Source: Gammaproteobacteria bacterium (GTDB lineage: Bacteria > Pseudomonadota > Gammaproteobacteria > CAJXQU01). From it: DNA of 64,000 nucleotides. Positions 55,630 through 64,000 of the stretch are shown piece after piece. Under the pieces are notes generated by a model. That model searched no databases. It had not been told where the DNA came from and saw only the letters and a program-made list of their open reading frames with translations. Location of the stretch: the NCBI GenBank assembly GCA_965238175.1, contig CBDEGZ010000003.1:2912001-2976000 (forward strand), written 5' to 3'. The number at the start of each line of letters is the position of its first letter. Position 1 is the first letter of the stretch. A program made the translations under genes and the position numbers.

Positions 55630-56166
55630 ATGTCATTATTCGGATTCGTTAAAAATATAGGTAAGTCATTATTCGGCCGCGATGCAGAAGCTGCAGAAAG
55701 CATTCAGAAACATATTGAAGAGAATAATCCTGGCGTAAAAGATCTAAAAGTTGAATTTGGTGATGGCATCGTCACACTTTGCGGTGAATGCGAATCAGCC
55801 ACGGCAATGCAAAAAGTCATCCTGATGGCGGGGAATGTTAAAGGTGTTGAAGATGTTCGTATAGGCGAAATGAGTATTACACCTCCAGCCTCAGCTGAAA
55901 CTACCACAGAAGAAACGCCAGCCACAGATCAAACTACCGAAGTAGCTTCCAGTGCGGGAGTCTCACCCATTGAGATTACAGAAATCCTGGAACAGGAAAA
56001 TGTCGAGTATTACATCATAGAAAGTGGTGATTCATTAAGTAAAATCGCGAAGAACTACTATGGCGATGCAATGCAATATCCGCGTTTATTTGAGGCCAAC
56101 CGAGAAGTTATCGAAGATCCAGATCTGATCTATCCGGGCCAGAAAATACGAATCCCATTAGATTAG
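55630..56166 (+). CDS. BON + LysM peptidoglycan-binding protein (Kbp/YgaU-like)
   Basis: MSLFGFVK.IG..LF; GNVKGV; GDSLSKIAK.YYGDAM.YP..FEAN; start moved to 55630. Confidence 0.88.
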   Translation: MSLFGFVKNIGKSLFGRDAEAAESIQKHIEENNPGVKDLKVEFGDGIVTLCGECESATAMQKVILMAGNVKGVEDVRIGEMSITPPASAETTTEETPATDQTTEVASSAGVSPIEITEILEQENVEYYIIESGDSLSKIAKNYYGDAMQYPRLFEANREVIEDPDLIYPGQKIRIPLD

Positions 56167-56303
56167 AGGTTGGAAGATTAACGATTACCTTACTCCGGGA
56201 GGGTTCTTTAGCTTAAGAGCCCTCGCTAAAAGATACATCCAATTATTGACCCTTTGACGCCATCTGCGTTAACGTAGCTCTCTTAACAAAATCGAGTAAA
56301 AAA

Positions 56304-56543
56304 ATGGCCAACAAGCCAACATCGTTCAATTTTGAAAAGTCCCTCGCTGAGCTGGAAGAATTGGTAGAAACCATGGAAGACGGTGACATTAGCCTTGAAA
56401 ATTCGTTAAAGAATTTTGAACGTGGCATTTCACTAACGCGTGCTTGTCAGAAAGCACTCGAAGAAGCTGATCAAAAAGTTAAGATCCTTATGGAAAAAGA
56501 CGGAAAAACCTCGCTAGAAGATTTTGATCAAAACGAAAACTAA
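56304..56543 (+). CDS. xseB: exodeoxyribonuclease VII small subunit
   Basis: FEKSLAELEELV..ME.G..SLE.SL..FERG. Confidence 0.95.
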   Translation: MANKPTSFNFEKSLAELEELVETMEDGDISLENSLKNFERGISLTRACQKALEEADQKVKILMEKDGKTSLEDFDQNEN

Positions 56544-56567
56544 TAACACCTTAAAATCACATTATTA

Positions 56568-57458
56568 ATGTCCCATTCTGAAACAATAAAGGCTTATCAA
56601 TTACAGGTCGATAAGGCACTGGAACACTGGTTGCCAGCCGATAATATTCCACCGCAACATTTACATAGTGCCATGCGTTACTCCGTTTTAGGTGATGGAA
56701 AACGTATTCGCCCAATACTGACTTATGCAACCGGAAATGCCTTTGGGATCCCCTTGTCATCACTAGACGGACCTAGTGTTGCCGTGGAATTAATCCACGC
56801 GTATTCGCTTATCCATGATGATCTTCCCGCGATGGATGACGATGATCTTCGCCGTGGTCGCCCAACCTGTCATAAGGCCTTCGATGAAGCAACTGCGATC
56901 CTCGCTGGCGATGCTCTCCAAGCATTAGCTTTCTACATACTTTCACATGATCAAAAAATCACAACCAGTACTGACAATCGTCTCAAAATGATTGAGACAC
57001 TGTCGTCTGCAAGTGGATCTCGAGGCATGGCAGGCGGTCAGGCAATTGATCTGGCTTCTGTCGGAGAAAAGCTAAGTTTGCCTCAGTTAGAAAATATGCA
57101 TATTCATAAAACCGGTGCTTTAATTCGTGCTGCAGTTAAAATAGGTGCACTCGCAAGCCTTGATGTTTCTAATGATCAAATTGATAAGCTTGATCATTAT
57201 GCGAAATGTATTGGCCTGGCTTTTCAGGTTTGGGACGATGTACTGGATATAGAAGGTGATACTGAAGTCATCGGTAAGCCTCAAGGATCCGACATCGAAC
57301 AAGATAAACCTACTTATCCAAACCTCATTGGAATGGCTGGAGCAAAGCAAACCGCGATAGATCTACACGATCAAGCCATAGAAAGCCTGCAAGGATTTGA
57401 TCAAAAAGCCGATATTTTACGTTGGATTGCGGATTACATCGTTAGTCGAAACAAATAA
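56568..57458 (+). CDS. ispA: farnesyl diphosphate synthase
   Basis: GKRIRP, HDDLPAMDDDDLRRG, FQVWDD. Confidence 0.95.
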   Translation: MSHSETIKAYQLQVDKALEHWLPADNIPPQHLHSAMRYSVLGDGKRIRPILTYATGNAFGIPLSSLDGPSVAVELIHAYSLIHDDLPAMDDDDLRRGRPTCHKAFDEATAILAGDALQALAFYILSHDQKITTSTDNRLKMIETLSSASGSRGMAGGQAIDLASVGEKLSLPQLENMHIHKTGALIRAAVKIGALASLDVSNDQIDKLDHYAKCIGLAFQVWDDVLDIEGDTEVIGKPQGSDIEQDKPTYPNLIGMAGAKQTAIDLHDQAIESLQGFDQKADILRWIADYIVSRNK

Positions 57459-57485
57459 CAAGAAATAACCTGTTAAACTACGCCG

Positions 57486-58268
57486 ATGGATAATACAACT
57501 ATCCCTGACGTTCAAAGCAGTCAGGATACACGAGAAATTGATATTGAGCAGGTCGGTATAAAAGGGATCCGACACCCCGTAGTGATCAGTGCACGTGCCG
57601 GTGATGTTCAACACACGGTCGCAGACTTCTCAATGTACGTTGGTTTACCACATAATTTCAAAGGCACTCACATGTCTCGCTTTGTGGAAATACTCAATGA
57701 TCACGAATACGAAATAACCGTCGATTCTTTTAAGGATATGATTACGGAAACCCTGGAAAAACTTGATGCTGAAACTACTTTCATTGAAATGATATTTCCT
57801 TTTTTCATTTCAAAAAAAGCCCCGGTTTCCGCAGTTACCAGTCTGATGGATTATGAAGTAACTTTTATCGGCGAGGTCTATGAAGGCAAACCTCAAGTCT
57901 CGGTAAAAGTGATCGTTCCAGTAACAAGTTTATGCCCTTGTTCCAAGGGCATCTCAGACTACGGGGCGCATAATCAACGTTCACACGTCACCTTGACCTG
58001 CGCTATAAATCAATTTGTCTGGCTCGAAGAATTGATCGAACTGGTAGAAAAATCCGCTTCAAGCGAACTTTACGGCATGTTAAAAAGACCTGATGAAAAG
58101 TATGTCACGGAAAAGGCCTATGACAATCCTAAGTTTGTTGAAGATTTGGTCAGGGATATTGCCGTTGATCTAAACCAAGACGAACGCATTACAGCCTATA
58201 CAGTGGAAGCTGAAAACTTCGAATCCATCCACAATCATTCGGCTTATGCTAAGGTAAATAGCAAATAG
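57486..58268 (+). CDS. folE2: GTP cyclohydrolase IB
   Basis: [27 protein letters not shown]. Confidence 0.95.
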   Translation: MDNTTIPDVQSSQDTREIDIEQVGIKGIRHPVVISARAGDVQHTVADFSMYVGLPHNFKGTHMSRFVEILNDHEYEITVDSFKDMITETLEKLDAETTFIEMIFPFFISKKAPVSAVTSLMDYEVTFIGEVYEGKPQVSVKVIVPVTSLCPCSKGISDYGAHNQRSHVTLTCAINQFVWLEELIELVEKSASSELYGMLKRPDEKYVTEKAYDNPKFVEDLVRDIAVDLNQDERITAYTVEAENFESIHNHSAYAKVNSK

Positions 58269-58278
58269 CGTATCTAAC

Positions 58279-58503
58279 CTAACCTAAAGGCACACCCGTT
58301 TGGTTAACCTGGCTATACCAAATTTTCTGGTTATGGAACTTTCCGAGCAGTGTATTTAATTGCTTGATCTTCCTACCAAGCTCTATATCACCAACCCGTT
58401 GATCTTCTGTAACGGTTAATTCCCGAATTTCATTTCTAATAGTACTTTCGATGAGTTCGATATCTGCCTCATCCAGATCAAAATTTGCTTTGTATGCAGC
58501 CAT
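58279..58503 (-). CDS. small conserved hypothetical protein
   Basis: Good SD (GGAGG); F.LD..DIELIE...LLGKFHNQK.WY pattern. Confidence 0.65.
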   Translation of the reverse strand: MAAYKANFDLDEADIELIESTIRNEIRELTVTEDQRVGDIELGRKIKQLNTLLGKFHNQKIWYSQVNQTGVPLG

Positions 58504-58705
58504 TTGAATACCTCCACTTACAATCTAACACGTATTACAAGGTTTTTTTTTATAGTAGTAACTTTAGGATAGACCAGATCATCCTGTTCTAGCAAGCAAT
58601 CGTGAGTAAATAAGTAATGCTAATTTAACTGAAATTTATCAGGTTATTTAAAATCAAGTATTTAAAGGAAATAATGAATGTTAGTTCAAAAGTAATAATT
58701 TTGAT

Positions 58706-59482
58706 CTATATTTTTACCGAAGAGACCATTTCATCTGTTATCCAATGCTGTATAAAACCAGCCATGCGGACGGCCACATTTTCTGGTTCATTCCAATCAC
58801 ACAGACCTTCGCAGAGTTCCGCAAAGGTTGATCCTTCTTGAGATGTGGCAAGTGCCCAAGCTTCATCCTCATCCAGTGATCGAAAATAAATTTCAATTCC
58901 CTTACGCCAGAGTGCCCATGTCACTGCTTGTGAATTTTGGGTTGGCTTCTCTGGATGCTGATCTTCTTTAACACGTTGCCAGAATTTTGGAACATTAGAT
59001 TGCAGTGGAATAGTTCTCAGTGAAGAATGAAGAGTAATCATCATTCTTGGCCACAATTCAGGAGAAATCGCCTGGAGTTCTTGCATAGAAAATACTGGCT
59101 GATCGGCAGCATCAAGTACATCATTCACCGCCCATTCAAACCCGGCAATGTCAGCCAACATTCTATGTTTAGAATATGGCTTGGTAGTTAAGAATTCTTG
59201 CATAAATCGACCGAAATAACGTGCCGAGAAATGATTGGACGGATAGCGTTTAATGTAATCTTGGCAGATCGTATCGAACTGGTCATCACCGACAAGTGTA
59301 TGTAATCCTGGATAGTCTGTTTTCAAGACCTCTACCAAGCGTAATCTGTAGCCGTCGTAATAAATTGCCGCTCTACGGTTTACAAATTGATCGTCGCTAC
59401 TATTAATACATTGTTTGAAGTTTTCATTTCCATTAAGAACAAACGTTTGAAAACTTTCCTGTAACGCGCGCAGCTCACTCAT
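58706..59482 (-). CDS. DUF2063 MNIO partner protein (HvfC/BufC-like)
   Basis: LQESFQ, IYYDGY..RL..VL..DYP, LADIAGFEWA; overlaps the DUF692 stop. Confidence 0.85.
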   Translation of the reverse strand: MSELRALQESFQTFVLNGNENFKQCINSSDDQFVNRRAAIYYDGYRLRLVEVLKTDYPGLHTLVGDDQFDTICQDYIKRYPSNHFSARYFGRFMQEFLTTKPYSKHRMLADIAGFEWAVNDVLDAADQPVFSMQELQAISPELWPRMMITLHSSLRTIPLQSNVPKFWQRVKEDQHPEKPTQNSQAVTWALWRKGIEIYFRSLDEDEAWALATSQEGSTFAELCEGLCDWNEPENVAVRMAGFIQHWITDEMVSSVKI

Positions 59483-60330
59483 GCCGCCTTGCCCTTAGAA
59501 ACGCTCTCAGAAATTTGACGGGCATGATCAAGCTCTTCGAGCAAATCTGACAAAGGAGGAATATTGTCGTCTCGCTCAATCATTGTAGAAATTTGGCCAC
59601 AATGTTGTATCGTCATTTTATAAAGCTCCCATACCGGATCAATAACAGCTTGATCGTGCGTATCGATAATATGAGTTCCAACATTTGAATGGCCCGCCAG
59701 GTGAATTTGCTGAACCCGATCACCAGGCATTGCATTTATATATTCAATGGGATCAAATGAATGGTTGATGCTGCTGACATAAATATTATTAACGTCGAGC
59801 AAGATCAAACAATCGGCTTGGTTAGCCATTTCATGCATGAATTCCCATTCTGTGATAGTTGATTGCTTATATTCAAGATAACTGGAAGGATTCTCGATCA
59901 AAATCTGTCGTCCAAGAAAATCTTGAACTTGCGAAATACGATCAACAACATGATTTAATGATTCGTCTGTGTAAGGTACAGGCATCAAATCATGCAAATT
60001 TGTACCAGATATTCCAGTCCAACAAAGATGATCAGAAATCCATCGAGCCTCGACTCGATCAGCAAGCTGTTTTACTTTTTTAAGATAAGCAGTATCAAGT
60101 GGATCTGTTGAGCCAATAGACAACGACACGCCATGCATAACCATTGGATAATGTTTGCAAATACGATCCAGAAAATGTAAGGGTTTCCCCCCTGGAACAA
60201 GATAATTCTCAGTGAGAATCTCTAACCAATCGATCGCAGGTTTTTCATCTAAAATGGTACGGTAATGCTTCGTCCTTAAACCAAGACCGAAGCCTAAATA
60301 AGAACGATCATTACTAACTTGGGAGATCAT
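59479..60330 (-). CDS. DUF692 multinuclear non-heme iron oxidative enzyme (MNIO, BufB-like)
   Basis: GLGLR, ENY, HGVSLSIG, SDHL, IENPS, DVNNIYV, HLAGH, DTH, IERD. Confidence 0.95.
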   Translation of the reverse strand: MISQVSNDRSYLGFGLGLRTKHYRTILDEKPAIDWLEILTENYLVPGGKPLHFLDRICKHYPMVMHGVSLSIGSTDPLDTAYLKKVKQLADRVEARWISDHLCWTGISGTNLHDLMPVPYTDESLNHVVDRISQVQDFLGRQILIENPSSYLEYKQSTITEWEFMHEMANQADCLILLDVNNIYVSSINHSFDPIEYINAMPGDRVQQIHLAGHSNVGTHIIDTHDQAVIDPVWELYKMTIQHCGQISTMIERDDNIPPLSDLLEELDHARQISESVSKGKAA

Positions 60331-60345
60331 TTTGTTTGTAAGAAT

Positions 60346-60379
60346 TGGAAACGGATCGCAACGGATCGATCCGTTTCCA
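60346..60379. other. intergenic stem-loop between precursor and MNIO genes
   Basis: Perfect 13-bp stem TGGAAACGGATCG/CGATCCGTTTCCA. Confidence 0.8.
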
Positions 60380-60387
60380 CTGTCCCT

Positions 60388-60645
60388 TTAACCTACAGTA
60401 CCACCTTGAGCAGCACATTCTTCCTCAGTAACGGCGATAAAGCCTTGTCCTTTACATGCATTGTGTCCCGCACATTCATTAGTCGATGATTTACAAGCAC
60501 CGGTACCTTTACATTCATTGACACCATTACAGTGGATCTTTGCTGTAGAGGCAGCAGAGCTGCTAGAACCACTGTCTGATGCACAACCTGATGCGAGTAG
60601 AGTTGCGGCCGCAACAGCAAGCATAGAACCAGTTAATTTTTTCAT
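60388..60645 (-). CDS. Cys-rich RiPP precursor, bufferin BufA2-like, with lipobox
   Basis: LLASG-C lipobox; Ser linker; CNGVNECKG.GACK...NECAGHNACKGQGF....EEC; directly upstream of DUF692. Confidence 0.88.
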   Translation of the reverse strand: MKKLTGSMLAVAAATLLASGCASDSGSSSSAASTAKIHCNGVNECKGTGACKSSTNECAGHNACKGQGFIAVTEEECAAQGGTVG

Positions 60646-60772
60646 TATGTATTACCCTCGTGTGTTAAGTTTATTTTTAAGCAGAGCCTGAACTCTATAA
60701 CCAATAATATCAGAGTTTGAGACGAACTACAGGCATTGGGACAAGGGTATAAGAGAAAAGTTCTCAATGTGA

Positions 60773-61408
60773 TCACTCTAAGGCTGTATTCAGTACATCA
60801 ACACCTTCTGGTGGCGTAAAATTGAACAATCGTTGATCTATCGTTTGATTGCGTTTTTGGCCGGTAAATATAATTTTAGTTAATTGACCAAAACTATCTC
60901 GTAATTCCATCATTGCAAGATTCGAATCTCGGAAAGCCAGGCTAATATCAATATACTGTTGATCTGCGGCTTTTGGGCTTAATACAAACCATTCCAGTCC
61001 AGTATTTTTCTCTCTATCTTTAATTCTACTGACATTAAACTCATCACTAATTGACACCTCACTGCTTAGTAATAAAGCGGGAGTATTTGATAAAACATCA
61101 CTCATCTCACGAACAGTGACTTGCTCTAGATCCTGATCATAAATCCAGATTTTTTTACCATCGGCAATAATGGACTGTTCAAAGGGTTGACTATAGTCCC
61201 AACGAAATTTGCCAGGACGAGACAAGTAAAACTTACCTTTTGAAGTCTCCTGGATTCCGTCCGCTTGAGTGATTAATGACTGCGAAAAGTAAGCCTCAAA
61301 ACTTGTAATACTATTCAGATATTTCTCGATTGTAGTTTTCGCTTCTTCTGCAAATACTTGTCCACAAGATAATAGCAATGCAAGAAATACTAATATGTTT
61401 TTTTTCAT
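60773..61408 (-). CDS. lolA: outer-membrane lipoprotein carrier protein
   Basis: RPGKFRW, DGKKIWIYD.DLEQV, FTPPEGVDV; downstream of ftsK. Confidence 0.95.
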   Translation of the reverse strand: MKKNILVFLALLLSCGQVFAEEAKTTIEKYLNSITSFEAYFSQSLITQADGIQETSKGKFYLSRPGKFRWDYSQPFEQSIIADGKKIWIYDQDLEQVTVREMSDVLSNTPALLLSSEVSISDEFNVSRIKDREKNTGLEWFVLSPKAADQQYIDISLAFRDSNLAMMELRDSFGQLTKIIFTGQKRNQTIDQRLFNFTPPEGVDVLNTALE

Positions 61409-61494
61409 GATTTTATATGTAGGCCTATTTAGGAACAGTTCCATCTTAACCGAGAAAATCTAAATGGAAAATTAATAGGTGTTTGGAATAAAAC

Positions 61495-63786
61495 TCAGTC
61501 CTTCGGCGGTGGAGCTGCGATCACTTCACGCGCACCACTTGACGATGATTCGGTAATAACGCCATCCCGTTCCATTTGTTCGATCATTCGAGCCGCTCGA
61601 TTATATCCGACTTTCAATCGACGCTGAACGTAAGAAATTGACGCTTTTCTTGATTCCGTCACAATCGCGACAGCTTCATCATATAAGGCATCGAGTTCCT
61701 CTTCACCGTCTCCAGGCATACCAGGAAAATCACCGCCATCTACAGGACCTTCCAAAATTTCATCAATATATTCAGGTTCGCCGTGTTTCTTCAAATAATC
61801 AACAACTTCGTGAACTTCCTCATCAGAAACAAAAGCGCCGTGCACACGGTTAGGTAAACCCGTCCCCGGTGCAAGATAAAGCATATCGCCATGGCCTAGC
61901 AGATTTTCTGCTCCCATTTGATCAAGAATTGTTCTTGAATCTACTCGTGATGAAACCTGGAATGCTACTCGGGTTGGGATGTTTGCTTTAATCAAACCGG
62001 TTATTACATCAACCGAAGGTCTCTGGGTTGCAAGTATTAAATGAATACCTGCGGCTCGTGCCTTTTGTGCAAGTCTTGCGATCAATTCTTCGACCTTTTT
62101 ACCCGTTGTCATCATCATGTCTGCTAGCTCATCAACAATAACGACAATATTAGGCATTGTTTCTAATAAAACGACCTCTTCGCCTGCGGCGAGTTTGTCA
62201 GCAAAAGGATCAGGGAATGGCAACTTTTTCTTAATCGCATCTTCGATCTTTTTGTTATACCCAGCCAGATTTCGAACTCCCAGATGTGACATTAGTTTGT
62301 ATCGACGTTCCATTTCCGCAACAGACCAACGCAGCGCGTTAGCAGCTTCTTTCATATCAGTCACTACAGGTGCCAACAGATGCGGTATGCCTTCATAAAC
62401 CGATAACTCCAACATTTTTGGATCGATCATTATCAAGCGAACATCTCTAGCCGTTGCTTTGTAGAGCAAACTCAAAATCATAGCGTTGAGAGCAACGGAC
62501 TTGCCCGAACCTGTGGTTCCTGCAACAAGAAGATGTGGCATTTTCATTAGATCTGCCACCACAGGGTGTCCACTAATATCTTTACCCAAACATAGTGTCA
62601 ATGTGGAGGTACTTGCGTCATATTGCTTAGAGTTCAAGATCTCACTCAAAGCGATCAATTCACGCTTTTCATTCGGTATTTCTAAACCAATAACAGATTT
62701 ACCAGGAATTACTTCAACGACACGCACACTGGTTACTGACAATGAACGCGCGAGATCTTTCGTCAACGCAGTAATTTTACTGGCTTTAGTACCTGCGGCC
62801 GGTTCCATTTCAAACCGAGTAATCACCGGCCCTGGAAGGACACCAACCACATGCACTTCAACACCAAAATCTTTCAGCTTTAACTCAACCTGTCGAGACA
62901 TGGCCTCAAGTGTTGCTTTTGAATAGCCACCAACCCTCTCTGGTGGTTCGTCTAACAAATCCAGAGGTGGTAAAACCACATCAGCTGCTGGTCGGAATAA
63001 ACTGGCTTGCTTCTCAACTTCAACCCGCTCGCCCACTTCAAAGCTCGAAATTTTAGGTTCTATTTTTCTTTCGGGACGCGAAATGGCCTTTATTTTGTCT
63101 TCTTTCAAAGCTACTTCACGTACTTTTTTTGCTTTTCTACCCTCTGTAAAGTCATAGAGCAATAAAGATTTATTCTTCACCCACTCATAAAAATTCAAAC
63201 TATAAAAACCGGTTGTATCCATTAACCAAAGCCATGAAAGTCCAGTTAATAATGTGATCCCCGTGAGAAACAAAGCAAACATTAATACAACGGCACCAGA
63301 ATTCCCAAAGGTAGAAACTAAATTTCGGCCGACAACATCCCCTAAAATTCCACCCGCCTCGACACCATTACGTAAACGAAACCAGACCAGGCCACAACCA
63401 AAGGTGAAAATCATCAGTAACCCAGCAAAACGCGTTGCCACATGGAAATAATCAAGTATTTCCTGGTCGCGTTCGCGATACATTAACCCGCCAACGTAAG
63501 CAATAATGACGGGGAATAAATACGCGAGCAAACCAAACAAGTAGAGTAATAAATCTGAAAGCCAAGCACCGACAACACCACCGGCATTGACAATATCAGT
63601 ATGTGACCCAGTAAAAGTCCAACTTGGATCACCGTCATGGTGAGTTGCCAGGCTGAGAATAAAAAATAGTGCGATCGCACCAGAAATGATCAGCATACCT
63701 TCTTGCAACCGATGTAAAAAAGATCCACTGACATCACGATTCAATGTAATGGAGGGACTGGATCTTCTTTTAATTGCTTGCGCCAC
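61495..63786 (-). CDS. ftsK: DNA translocase FtsK
   Basis: N-terminal TMs; GTTGSGKS; IDPKMLEL; RAAGIHL; gamma domain GYNRAAR. Confidence 0.97.
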   Translation of the reverse strand: MAQAIKRRSSPSITLNRDVSGSFLHRLQEGMLIISGAIALFFILSLATHHDGDPSWTFTGSHTDIVNAGGVVGAWLSDLLLYLFGLLAYLFPVIIAYVGGLMYRERDQEILDYFHVATRFAGLLMIFTFGCGLVWFRLRNGVEAGGILGDVVGRNLVSTFGNSGAVVLMFALFLTGITLLTGLSWLWLMDTTGFYSLNFYEWVKNKSLLLYDFTEGRKAKKVREVALKEDKIKAISRPERKIEPKISSFEVGERVEVEKQASLFRPAADVVLPPLDLLDEPPERVGGYSKATLEAMSRQVELKLKDFGVEVHVVGVLPGPVITRFEMEPAAGTKASKITALTKDLARSLSVTSVRVVEVIPGKSVIGLEIPNEKRELIALSEILNSKQYDASTSTLTLCLGKDISGHPVVADLMKMPHLLVAGTTGSGKSVALNAMILSLLYKATARDVRLIMIDPKMLELSVYEGIPHLLAPVVTDMKEAANALRWSVAEMERRYKLMSHLGVRNLAGYNKKIEDAIKKKLPFPDPFADKLAAGEEVVLLETMPNIVVIVDELADMMMTTGKKVEELIARLAQKARAAGIHLILATQRPSVDVITGLIKANIPTRVAFQVSSRVDSRTILDQMGAENLLGHGDMLYLAPGTGLPNRVHGAFVSDEEVHEVVDYLKKHGEPEYIDEILEGPVDGGDFPGMPGDGEEELDALYDEAVAIVTESRKASISYVQRRLKVGYNRAARMIEQMERDGVITESSSSGAREVIAAPPPKD

Positions 63787-64000
63787 GATAAAACCTATTA
63801 AAATAATAACTCATAACAATGTTAATCCTATTTATTTAAAAATCAAGATAATTTATTGTTTATTAGATATATTTCACAATTATGGATGTACGCTATTAAT
63901 AAAAATATCGATCGACTTTAAAGTTTCAACATCGACTTCTACAGACTCTGCCTCTAGATCACCTCTTGCCGCTATTGCATTACCACTTTTGGAAATCCGG

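Overview
AT-rich chromosomal window from a gammaproteobacterium, probably marine (inference from gene content and order). Left to right: (1) an intact IS110-family element of the IS1111 group whose 3' non-coding end carries recognisable bridge/seek-RNA target and donor guides, inserted into the terminal inverted repeat of a ~212-bp MITE-like repeat; (2) a PEP-CTERM protein and a PEP-CTERM/XrtA-type exopolysaccharide locus; (3) a hybrid kinase, Hpt and GlrR-like sigma-54 regulator next to glmS, with matching TGTCGT-N4-TAACGACAAT boxes upstream of glmS and of the EPS locus; (4) core tRNA-Val-thrS-infC-rpmI-rplT-pheST-ihfA-merR-tRNA-Pro; (5) degenerate HD-GYP, uvrB, aminotransferase, tRNA-Asn; (6) galU/wbpM/wbpL-like genes and a divergent rml + dTDP-3-amino-sugar/GtrA cluster; (7) rpsP-rimM-trmD-rplS, with L19 carrying a C-terminal HhH domain; (8) porin, beta-propeller, parE, LysM, xseB-ispA-folE2 without dxs; (9) a bufferin-like DUF692/DUF2063 RiPP operon with a lipoprotein precursor; (10) lolA and ftsK. 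All calls come from reading motifs by eye; no database searches or folding programs were run.
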